64,000 nucleotides of DNA from a virus. Taxonomy: Duplodnaviria; Caudoviricetes. Under the pieces are notes generated by a model. It saw nothing but the letters and a program-made list of their open reading frames with translations. It searched no databases and was not told where the DNA came from. The DNA is taken from the IMG/VR virus record IMGVR_UViG_3300037808_002146, one strand, 5' to 3'. The position numbers and the translations under genes are program-made. Position 1 is the stretch's first letter; each line of letters starts with the position of its first letter. Shown piece by piece: positions 1-7,542 of this stretch.

Positions 1-265
1 GCTCTACCATAGCGGATTTATGATGATCTATAACGATGAGTGAAGATGCTTCTTCAATCATTTTCTTAGTAGTTGCATTGTCGAAAGAAAAATCTAAAAT
101 GACAACAATTTTATCAGTCACGTCTGGAGGAGTTTGTCCATGCTTACACGCATGGTATTCTGCTCGACTTCCCAGTTGTTTCCAAGCCGAATATGCAGCG
201 CCAAACCCATCGGTACAGTCTGCATGATAAATTACACAATTTACTTGACTAGGCTCTACTACCAT
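1..265 (-). CDS. DHH-family phosphoesterase, N-terminal part (runs off the left edge; absent from the ORF track)
   Basis: Manual translation from ATG at 265 gives MVVEPSQVNCVIYHADCTDGFGAAYSAW...VVILDFSF...LIVIDHHKSAMVE, containing DHH motifs I (HxDxxDG), II (LDF) and III (IDHH). No stop before position 1. Confidence 0.85.
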   Translation of the reverse strand, partial: MVVEPSQVNCVIYHADCTDGFGAAYSAWKQLGSRAEYHACKHGQTPPDVTDKIVVILDFSFDNATTKKMIEEASSLIVIDHHKSAMVE

Positions 266-303
266 TATTACACTCTCTAAAATTACTAAATAAAACCATT
301 TAG

Positions 304-332
304 ATTATAAAACTCTAATTATAAATATTCAC
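304..332 (-). promoter_or_regulatory. sigma70-like promoter GTGAAT-N17-TATAAT upstream of the DHH gene
   Basis: Exact TATAAT with a 17-nt spacer in the AT-rich intergenic gap, same pattern as five other sites in the window. Confidence 0.55.
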
Positions 333-334
333 TT

Positions 335-919
335 TTACTCGTTTATGAAATGAGCAAAACATTTAGGCTGATACATTTCCGATCCCCCTACCTCTATTCT
401 TTCATGACCTTCACCTGATATTTTTTCAGTAAAATAAGCATCTTCGCCACAACCGGAACAAACCGCGGGACATATTTGTATGTTAGTAGCCCATGGGAGC
501 ATTTTATTCATTTCTTTATAGGGCTCCCCATTAGAAGAAAGTTGAAGACTAGAAACTAAAACGGTTTTTCCAGATTTATAAATATCTATCAAAACATCGG
601 AAACCCCATCGATCATGAAAGCCTCGTCTAAAGCAACAACGTCTACTTCATGTTGCTTGTTATAGGCGTTAAAATATCGATATAAATCAAAGCTAGAGTT
701 TACCCTAATCATTTTATTAAAATTATCCTTACCGCACTTCCACTCTATGCCAGAATGCGTTACTACCGAATCTTCAGAATACCTTACGTCGACTCTTGGC
801 TTAAAAAGCAAGACATTCTTATTTTGATACTTGTATCTTTCCAAAGCGGAAAGCAACCTAGTAGTTTTTCCACCAAACATAGGACCAGTAAATATTTCAA
901 ATCTAGGGTTATTCTTCAT
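335..919 (-). CDS. tdk: thymidine kinase
   Basis: Walker A GPMFGGKTT, LFKPRVDVRY, Walker B VVALDEAF, zinc-binding CPAVCSGC, and IEVGGSEMYQPKC. Confidence 0.93.
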   Translation of the reverse strand: MKNNPRFEIFTGPMFGGKTTRLLSALERYKYQNKNVLLFKPRVDVRYSEDSVVTHSGIEWKCGKDNFNKMIRVNSSFDLYRYFNAYNKQHEVDVVALDEAFMIDGVSDVLIDIYKSGKTVLVSSLQLSSNGEPYKEMNKMLPWATNIQICPAVCSGCGEDAYFTEKISGEGHERIEVGGSEMYQPKCFAHFINE

Positions 920-1898
920 TAGTACTCCACCAAGCTATAGTTTTATCCAAACCCTCCCTTAAATCTACTTTACTAGTAAAACCTAAGATTTCTCTAGATT
1001 TAGAAATTTCAGCTCTCGTATGCCTAACATCCCCAACTCTCTCTGGGGCATTTATTATCTTTATTTCAAACCTCTCCCTAAGCAAATCAAGTATATCATT
1101 ATTACTATAACTTTTGCCAGTTCCTATATTAAAAATATCGCCTGAAAATTTTGCTTTGTTTAGCGAAGCGATAATATTAGAATCTACAATATCACCAACA
1201 TATACCATATCACGAGTTTGTTCACCGTCGCCGTCGCTTCTGAGTGGCTGTAACCTTTTAATTTTATCCATCCAAGCTGATATTGCTGTAGAATATGGGC
1301 TGTCGCCTAACTGCCCTGGTCCATAAGCATTAAAGTACCTTAAGCAAACGCTGTCTAAGTCGTAAAGCTTCGAGTAAAGAGAACAATAATCTTCGACTAT
1401 TCTTTTTTGAAGTGCATATGGAGATTCAGGGTTAGTCTCTCCGGATTCTATAGATGGAAAATTATCTAAAGAGTTACCATAAATCGCAGATGAGCTACTA
1501 AACACAAACCTTTTAACGTTATCGATGCAAGCTGTCATAAGCAAGACTGATTTTGTAACATTCTGTTCTGTTGTTACAACCGGATTTTTTACAGAATACT
1601 CAACCCTTGGTAATGCTGCTAAGTGGAAAATTATATCGTATTTTTTTTCCGCAATCCTCGATAAAATCTGAGGAGCTGCAAAATCTCCCGTGATTACCAA
1701 AGTTTTATTAGAGTCTTTAGAAGAATCATATCTAGCTAGTAGTCCTGGAGTTATAACCCTAATATCTATAGAAGAGATGTTATCTATGTCTCCATTGGAG
1801 AGATCATCTACAACGTCTACTCTCCACCCTAGATTCACCAGTTTTTTAGTTAGGTTAGAACCAATAAAACCACACCCGCCGGTAACTAAAGCTCTCAT
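909..1898 (-). CDS. NAD-dependent NDP-sugar epimerase/dehydratase (extended SDR, GalE/WbpP-like)
   Basis: VTGGCGFIGS Rossmann motif, HLAA, FSSSSAIYG, catalytic YALQK (YxxxK), LRYFNAYGP, GDGEQTRD. Confidence 0.92.
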   Translation of the reverse strand: MRALVTGGCGFIGSNLTKKLVNLGWRVDVVDDLSNGDIDNISSIDIRVITPGLLARYDSSKDSNKTLVITGDFAAPQILSRIAEKKYDIIFHLAALPRVEYSVKNPVVTTEQNVTKSVLLMTACIDNVKRFVFSSSSAIYGNSLDNFPSIESGETNPESPYALQKRIVEDYCSLYSKLYDLDSVCLRYFNAYGPGQLGDSPYSTAISAWMDKIKRLQPLRSDGDGEQTRDMVYVGDIVDSNIIASLNKAKFSGDIFNIGTGKSYSNNDILDLLRERFEIKIINAPERVGDVRHTRAEISKSREILGFTSKVDLREGLDKTIAWWSTNEE

Positions 1899-3052
1899 AG
1901 TTCTCCCGAAGTTGTCTTTATGTTATCTTGTCTATAATTGGAAAAACCAGAATCTTCTAACTCTCCATGGAGATATTTTATTACTTCGTATGTCATATCT
2001 CTCGCGGTGCAAGTTGGAACATTTTGAGCTACATCATTTAATCTCTTGGTTTGAAGATTAAAGTCAGATGGAAGTCCCATTAGGTGCATTATCTCTCTAT
2101 GACTCATCCCTCGGGGTTGGGTAGGGTGCATTATCATTTGCAAAGTTCTTCCAACTATTGCGTTAGTACATGAATTATAAAAAGCTGGAGAATGATCTAA
2201 AAAACTTTTCCCCATAGACAGCTTGTTTTTGATGTGTTCAAATTTTCTAACTTCTTTGTGTTCTGGGTTGTGTGTTGTAAGCCACTCTAAACATTCATCA
2301 ATCAATTCGTTTCGTACGATAAATTGGTGAATTGAGTGAGCTGGACCAGAACCAAACTCGCCGATAAAGTCTTTATGCGAAAACCCATATTTTTCAAGCA
2401 AAAAAGTGTAAGAAGGGAATTTTTCAAAAATATTGTTTATATTGTATAAGTCTTGTTGTTTTGAACTGCCAGGAATTTTTCCTAAATAATCAATCAAATT
2501 ATCGTGCTCCCTATCATACCAATTCATAATCGGAGCATTTTTCGAATCCCAAAAAAAATAAAATGTTCGCAGCCTCTTTTGAGGAATCCCATGCTTGAAT
2601 GTCGAAGTTCTATATATTGAAAAAGAGTATCCATTATCTTCAGCGATTTGCTTAAGCTGCTCTCTAACGCTATTTCCTGATTTTGTATAAAGGGCTGGAG
2701 CATTTTCTCCCCAGTAAACCTTTGGCCTAAGTTGCTCTAAAACTAGTTTCGATGTTTTCATCATCCAAACATTTTGGCTATCTCTAGTTGACCGATCTTG
2801 ACTGGTATTCAGTTGACTCAATCCCGCACAAGGGCAAACTGAGTTGACAAAATCTAAATTATCTTCTGGCAAAATAGATTCGTCTAAGTCGATTCTCCTA
2901 ACATTAGGCCAGTAGTTAACTAAGTGGTTTTCGTTTTGCTCAAAAGCCTTAAAGCTCAAATGAAACTTGGGTAAGTTTCCAGTTGCTTGGCTACATCCTA
3001 TCGCAGATCCGCCTATTAACGGGATCATAGTAGCCCAAGATATATCACTCAT
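1895..3052 (-). CDS. C5-cytosine DNA methyltransferase-fold protein with atypical motif I
   Basis: Catalytic PC motif IV (VCPCAGLS), motif VI (WGENAP), motif VIII (HGIPQKRLRTFY), motif IX/X (MGLP...AQNVP). Motif I reads IPLIGG instead of FxGxGG. Confidence 0.75.
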   Translation of the reverse strand: MSDISWATMIPLIGGSAIGCSQATGNLPKFHLSFKAFEQNENHLVNYWPNVRRIDLDESILPEDNLDFVNSVCPCAGLSQLNTSQDRSTRDSQNVWMMKTSKLVLEQLRPKVYWGENAPALYTKSGNSVREQLKQIAEDNGYSFSIYRTSTFKHGIPQKRLRTFYFFWDSKNAPIMNWYDREHDNLIDYLGKIPGSSKQQDLYNINNIFEKFPSYTFLLEKYGFSHKDFIGEFGSGPAHSIHQFIVRNELIDECLEWLTTHNPEHKEVRKFEHIKNKLSMGKSFLDHSPAFYNSCTNAIVGRTLQMIMHPTQPRGMSHREIMHLMGLPSDFNLQTKRLNDVAQNVPTCTARDMTYEVIKYLHGELEDSGFSNYRQDNIKTTSGEL

Positions 3053-4446
3053 TTTTTTCTCCTAACCCTCTTTTGCTTGTAACAAGCAAACTCTCTACGA
3101 GCTTTCTTCTCGAAGAAACATAACGATTGATTTGTAACTTGTTTAATACCAACAGCTGGGATTTTTCCTTGTTCGATTATCTTGAGGTAGTCTTCAAAAA
3201 CTCTTTCGCTTTGAAAGAGGTGGGTGAGCATCTCTTTGTCATTTGTGAATTTGTTGTTGTCTTTTCCAGCCTTTAGAATATAGTCAAACATTTCTGGCAA
3301 AACGTTGTCAGCGTTAAACTCTCTATCGATAAAATCAAAACTAGAATCCCTGTATTTTTGTTGCTCTAACGGGTTGTTAGCAATTGATATTAGTTTATCC
3401 GCTGTTTCTCCCAAGTCGTCTCGAGAAGACCAAACAGCTAGATAGTCGTTATCGATGTACTTACTCCCGTTGGAATCAGTGTTATGTTCTCCATAGTGTT
3501 TATCAAAAACAGGAATAGTTCCACATCCTATAATTTCGATTTGTGTATACTCCATCCTATCGCCATAGTTGTGTGGTTCTTTTGGTAGCCGGTAAAAAGA
3601 GCAGCCAAATAAAGAGGTGGAGATTAGATCCATACCGTCAGCATAATCATACGGGCCAAAAGTGGGAACTCCATCAAGATCCCAGTCATAATTTTCAAAC
3701 TTCAAATTATAGATAGAATTTGGGTGATCTATAATATCGAACTTAGCCCCAATAGAGCGTTCAATACCGTGAAGAGCTAAACGAAAAGATGGATCTTTTT
3801 CTTTCATTATAGGATATAAATCTAAAACGCGGCGAGGATCCTTCATAGAAGTCCAGCGACCTACGTAAGTTAGTTTTCGTTCCTTTTCATTTAAGCTAAA
3901 TTTATCCCTATAATTTTTCTTTAATTCAGATAAATCTACCCACATTTTGAATCTCTTTGTTCTTTCCCCTAAGACTTTGCTGGGCAAATATGAGGAAAAC
4001 TCTTTTGAAAAGAAAGTTTTTTCCGAGAAATTATAAACAATATCACAGTAATTTAGAATAGGGATAATCATCGGAATAGCATCGATATTAGCTTTTTTAA
4101 TTTCGTGCATCATTCCAACCAAGACTGGTTTTTTAATCTTTTTAACTAAACCCTCATAAAAAGACATCACTGCTTGAGGAGAATGCTTAGAGGAGGGATA
4201 AGAGTTGAGAATAACTGTATCATATTCGCGGTTTAGCTTCTCAACCAGAGAGGGGATCTCTGTATGCTTAAACTCAATTGGCTCAATTGGCATAGAGTGC
4301 CCTTTAGCTCTAGCAAAGCTTCGTCCTTTCATAAAAAATATATCAAATTTGACATCATTCCTTTGCGCCCAAGTAGCAATCTCAACTGCTCCTCTTTGAA
4401 CGCCACAGCCATCAAGCCCTTTGCCAAAAATCATAGCAATTTTCAT
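3049..4446 (-). CDS. agt: DNA alpha-glycosyltransferase, T4 Agt-like (GT-B fold)
   Basis: Collinear matches to T4 alpha-glucosyltransferase as recalled: GKGLDGCGV (ARGLEGCGV), LNSYPS (INSVPA), MHE (QHD), YVGRWTSMK (WIGRTTTWK), HGIERS (EGLERS), MEYTQIEIIGCGTIPVFDK (LEYTHLELGACGTIPVFWK). Confidence 0.85.
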   Translation of the reverse strand: MKIAMIFGKGLDGCGVQRGAVEIATWAQRNDVKFDIFFMKGRSFARAKGHSMPIEPIEFKHTEIPSLVEKLNREYDTVILNSYPSSKHSPQAVMSFYEGLVKKIKKPVLVGMMHEIKKANIDAIPMIIPILNYCDIVYNFSEKTFFSKEFSSYLPSKVLGERTKRFKMWVDLSELKKNYRDKFSLNEKERKLTYVGRWTSMKDPRRVLDLYPIMKEKDPSFRLALHGIERSIGAKFDIIDHPNSIYNLKFENYDWDLDGVPTFGPYDYADGMDLISTSLFGCSFYRLPKEPHNYGDRMEYTQIEIIGCGTIPVFDKHYGEHNTDSNGSKYIDNDYLAVWSSRDDLGETADKLISIANNPLEQQKYRDSSFDFIDREFNADNVLPEMFDYILKAGKDNNKFTNDKEMLTHLFQSERVFEDYLKIIEQGKIPAVGIKQVTNQSLCFFEKKARREFACYKQKRVRRKK

Positions 4447-4898
4447 TTATTTTTTCTCCCCGTTTTTAAGACTCTTTCCCTCAACTGCGTAGTAGAGAAA
4501 GAATGCCTCCTATTATTATAATGGATAGGACATAAGTCAACGCCTGTATGGTTTGTGCCTTTGTACTCTTCTCCAACTACCCTAATGTCTGGGTTTATTG
4601 TCAAGATTACATCAACTAAATCTTTTTCAGAACCAAATGGAATTATTTCATCTACATATTTGCATGCAGCTAACTGCAAATATCTTTCCATAATACTTTG
4701 AATTGGCTTATTCTTTATTTCTGGACGATCGTTTGTAGGATCTGTCAAGAGTCCTACGATCAAGTAATCACAAAGCGATTTACTTTCCTGCAGCATCACA
4801 ACATGTCCAGCATGGAATAAGTCGAAAGTAGAACACGTAAAACCAACAATCGGATCTCTTCCCAAGCTTTCTGCTAGTTTCTTTTTATCTAAAAACAA
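4443..4898 (-). CDS. cytidylyltransferase-family nucleotidyltransferase (TagD/RfaE-II-like)
   Basis: FTCSTFDLFHAGH (HxGH), LIVGL, CKYVDEI, C-terminal FSTTQLR. Small single-domain size. Confidence 0.88.
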   Translation of the reverse strand: MFLDKKKLAESLGRDPIVGFTCSTFDLFHAGHVVMLQESKSLCDYLIVGLLTDPTNDRPEIKNKPIQSIMERYLQLAACKYVDEIIPFGSEKDLVDVILTINPDIRVVGEEYKGTNHTGVDLCPIHYNNRRHSFSTTQLRERVLKTGRKNK

Positions 4899-5973
4899 TT
4901 TTTACTTCCTTGAAAATATCTTGAATTCTTTTTCTTACAAGGCTTTTTTGGTTTTCGGGCTTATACTTTAGCATTCTGATATAATGAATCATCTCGCACA
5001 ATAAGAAATACCTAGAAAAATTAGGTTTAAATAACCCAAGTAGATGACTAAAAAGATCCTCTTTATCAACTTTAGCTTCAAAACCAGAAAAACTTTCTTC
5101 GTAAGAAGAGTGTAAAGATTGATATATCTTTCCAACGTCCATAACCCAAGAACTATATACATTTCCTGGACAATTAGGGTCTATGAGGTATACTTTTTCA
5201 CCTCTAACGATGCAATTTTCAAAAGTAAGATCTCCATGAGAAAAGCTAGCTTCGATATTCATAAAATCAGCAACTTGATCGCTTTCTAAGAGTTTAATAA
5301 TATCACTTTCGTTTCTTACAGCGTTTAAAGACATATGATCTTTAACACGATCAACCATAGTTTGCCAATTGCTGTTAGTAACTTTTATATCACTAAACCT
5401 TGTTAGCAAATCTACCAAATAATCTATGTGCTCTTTGGTGCATACATCATTTAAGCTAACTCCGTCCAAGAACTCCATGTCCAAAGTATCTCCATAATAA
5501 GTATTAACTTTTGGAACATGACATAAACTACCAGCTGAATTATACCAGTGTGCTTGGTCTTTAGCGTTGCTAGCTTTTTTGATGATTCTATCACCAACTT
5601 TCTCTACAGAGCCTCCCGATCCACCTTTTAAGACTTCATAGTCTAAATCCATAAATTCCTCTGGGCGGATTGCTTTATCGTCGATGTAGTATACCCCGAT
5701 TGGTTTTCCAAACATCAAACTGTGATACTTCACGCTGTGTTTCTCCATCCAAGACTCTAAAACTGGTCGACGAAGCTGGTTTATTAAGTCTAAGTCTCCG
5801 CTACATGAAACCTGTCCTCGAGCGGTAAAATATATAATTTTCCAACCCGATTCATACATCTTGTTAAGTTTGTTGATAATTTTAGTATGAGGAACTGCAT
5901 TTTCATAATCACGATTCCGATGTGTAGATATCGTGTCATCAACATCGACGACTAGAGTTCGTGTTTCTACCAT
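4885..5973 (-). CDS. fusion of a short HAD phosphatase and an APH/choline-kinase-like phosphotransferase (start revised to ATG 5973, 362 aa)
   Basis: HAD motifs VVDVDDT, YFTARG, FGKP and YYIDDKA, then kinase motifs HGDLTFEN and LIDPN. The ATG overlaps the dut stop codon (TAATG). Confidence 0.8.
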   Translation of the reverse strand: MVETRTLVVDVDDTISTHRNRDYENAVPHTKIINKLNKMYESGWKIIYFTARGQVSCSGDLDLINQLRRPVLESWMEKHSVKYHSLMFGKPIGVYYIDDKAIRPEEFMDLDYEVLKGGSGGSVEKVGDRIIKKASNAKDQAHWYNSAGSLCHVPKVNTYYGDTLDMEFLDGVSLNDVCTKEHIDYLVDLLTRFSDIKVTNSNWQTMVDRVKDHMSLNAVRNESDIIKLLESDQVADFMNIEASFSHGDLTFENCIVRGEKVYLIDPNCPGNVYSSWVMDVGKIYQSLHSSYEESFSGFEAKVDKEDLFSHLLGLFKPNFSRYFLLCEMIHYIRMLKYKPENQKSLVRKRIQDIFKEVKIVFR

Positions 5974-6410
5974 TAAATTACTCCTGTACTCCCAAAACCA
6001 CCTTCGCCTCTTTGGGAATTTACACAAAATAAATCCTCAATGCAAACTTCCTCGATAGAATCGTAAAAAACTGGAACTAAAATCATTTGTACTAGTTTTT
6101 CACCAGCACAAATAGTTTCTGCTTTGTTTCCAAAATTGTAAACATGGAGATGGATTTCACCTTGATAGTCTTCATCTACGATACATGCGCCAACGGATAA
6201 ACTTCTCTTTAAAGCAACCCCGCTTTTATTAAAAACTATTAAAGCAAACCCATTAGGTACGTTCGCTTTTACGCCACTAGGAATGCAAGCTGAGTTTCCT
6301 GGTTCAACGACAAAATTTTCAAAATCGTTAGGGACAAAGAAATCTATACCGGCAGATTTTTCAGTTCCCCTAATTGGGGTTTTTACATCTTTAATTTTAG
6401 AAATCTTCAC
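5973..6410 (-). CDS. dut: trimeric dUTPase (start revised to GTG 6410)
   Basis: Motifs SAGIDF, NKSG, IVDEDYQGEI, EKLVQMI, RGEGGFGSTG. The GTG has an upstream GAGG and overlaps the previous stop (GTGA). Confidence 0.93.
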   Translation of the reverse strand: MKISKIKDVKTPIRGTEKSAGIDFFVPNDFENFVVEPGNSACIPSGVKANVPNGFALIVFNKSGVALKRSLSVGACIVDEDYQGEIHLHVYNFGNKAETICAGEKLVQMILVPVFYDSIEEVCIEDLFCVNSQRGEGGFGSTGVI

Positions 6411-6685
6411 AGTTTTTCCTCTTTTATAAAATTGTGCCAAGCGCCTAAATAGGCAACAGCATCTAACAAATTGTCATCTTTGAAATTATAAGATTGGCGG
6501 CTTAGTTTGAGGGCAACAAGTGATATATACATATCATGAGCTGTAATATCCTTTCCGGACATGCCTCTAGCGATACTAGCAGCTCTTTGCATCCCTTCAC
6601 CAAAAGGTCCATACTCTCTTTCTTTTTCTTCAGATCTTTCGTTGACGATTTGATTTGCTTGCTTTAAGATATTGTCTTTATTCAT
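6407..6685 (-). CDS. small all-alpha protein, DUF6378-like, possible nucleotide pyrophosphohydrolase (start revised to ATG 6685, 92 aa)
   Basis: ILKQANQIVNERSEEKEREYGPF, LVALKLSR and DNLLDAVAY resemble phage DUF6378-type helical proteins. It lies between the TS homologue and dut. Confidence 0.5.
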   Translation of the reverse strand: MNKDNILKQANQIVNERSEEKEREYGPFGEGMQRAASIARGMSGKDITAHDMYISLVALKLSRQSYNFKDDNLLDAVAYLGAWHNFIKEEKL

Positions 6686-7508
6686 CACTAAAAATTTCTC
6701 CACTGCAGTTTTTAACATAATCGTATATTTCAGCTTTTTCAACCTCTGCGATAGGAAAAGAAAAATTTTCATTAATCAACTTCCAGTTAACGTTACTGTT
6801 CAATCTACAAGTATCTAATCCTTTGTCAACATTAAAGTCACTACTATTTATACTTTCAATCATTTTGTAATGCTTTTCATAAACATGCAAGCTACCAGCG
6901 TAGTGAAAGTAACTCCCTAGTTCTAAGCTCATGCCAGTTTCGTTTAGTTCATTCAACATAAGCTGCTGAAATAGCGAAAAGGTGAAAACATCGTTACACA
7001 AACCGAAAATTAAATCGTTAGATCTCATATTAACGCCTAGGTGGAGTTTATTATCCCTAACGAAAAACTGAATATAGTGCGTGCAAGGATAGTCTTTTGA
7101 ATTCTTGAACTTATGATAAGGTTGATTTATCACAAAAGTTGCACGGCGAGTATCTCGATCAATTATAATCTCGTTTTTCACCCAGTTCCATTGCGGTTTT
7201 AGATAGACTCCATAATTGGATTCAACTTCGCAAAATTGATCTGAAATCATTTTCCATATTTTAGCTAATTTCCCGATATTTAAGGAAGAAGAATTAGCAG
7301 ACAAGTACCACATCCACTCTGCTATGGCATAATTTTTGTTAAATTTTCTCTCTGGTAGCGTAACGTTAATACGCGTAGGATCTGAAATTTCAAAGCTTTG
7401 GAATATCACTTCCTTTTGTTTGGAGTTTCTTGCATTCACTTCAGGAGAATCTAGTAAAACAGAGCTATAGTGTTTTAGTAGATGGTTTATAGAGTTAAAT
7501 TTATTCAT
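6678..7508 (-). CDS. thymidylate-synthase-family enzyme, dCMP hydroxymethylase-like (T4 gp42 type)
   Basis: Catalytic Glu (IAEWMWY) and Cys (YPCTHYIQF), then MRSNDLIFGLCND and GSLHVY. Asp occupies the position where dUMP enzymes have Asn (E. coli ThyA N177), as in T4 gp42 (RSNDVVFGFRND). Confidence 0.8.
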   Translation of the reverse strand: MNKFNSINHLLKHYSSVLLDSPEVNARNSKQKEVIFQSFEISDPTRINVTLPERKFNKNYAIAEWMWYLSANSSSLNIGKLAKIWKMISDQFCEVESNYGVYLKPQWNWVKNEIIIDRDTRRATFVINQPYHKFKNSKDYPCTHYIQFFVRDNKLHLGVNMRSNDLIFGLCNDVFTFSLFQQLMLNELNETGMSLELGSYFHYAGSLHVYEKHYKMIESINSSDFNVDKGLDTCRLNSNVNWKLINENFSFPIAEVEKAEIYDYVKNCSGEIFSDE

Positions 7509-7513
7509 GTAAT

Positions 7514-7542
7514 ATTATACTTCAAAAATCTTAATTTTTCTA
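7514..7542 (-). promoter_or_regulatory. sigma70-like promoter TAGAAA-N17-TATAAT, 5 nt before the ATG of the modification operon (likely leaderless mRNA)
   Basis: Embedded in the dnaE 3' end. No Shine-Dalgarno sequence fits between TATAAT and the ATG at 7508. Confidence 0.55.

Noticed and set aside
320-327. TATAAATA (T4 late-promoter consensus) on the plus strand
   Set aside because: It points away from every gene here and falls within the spacer of a minus-strand sigma70-like promoter.
6678-7508. Calling the TS homologue thyA
   Set aside because: Asp replaces the dUMP-specifying Asn, and the context (Agt homologue, donor enzymes) fits cytosine modification.
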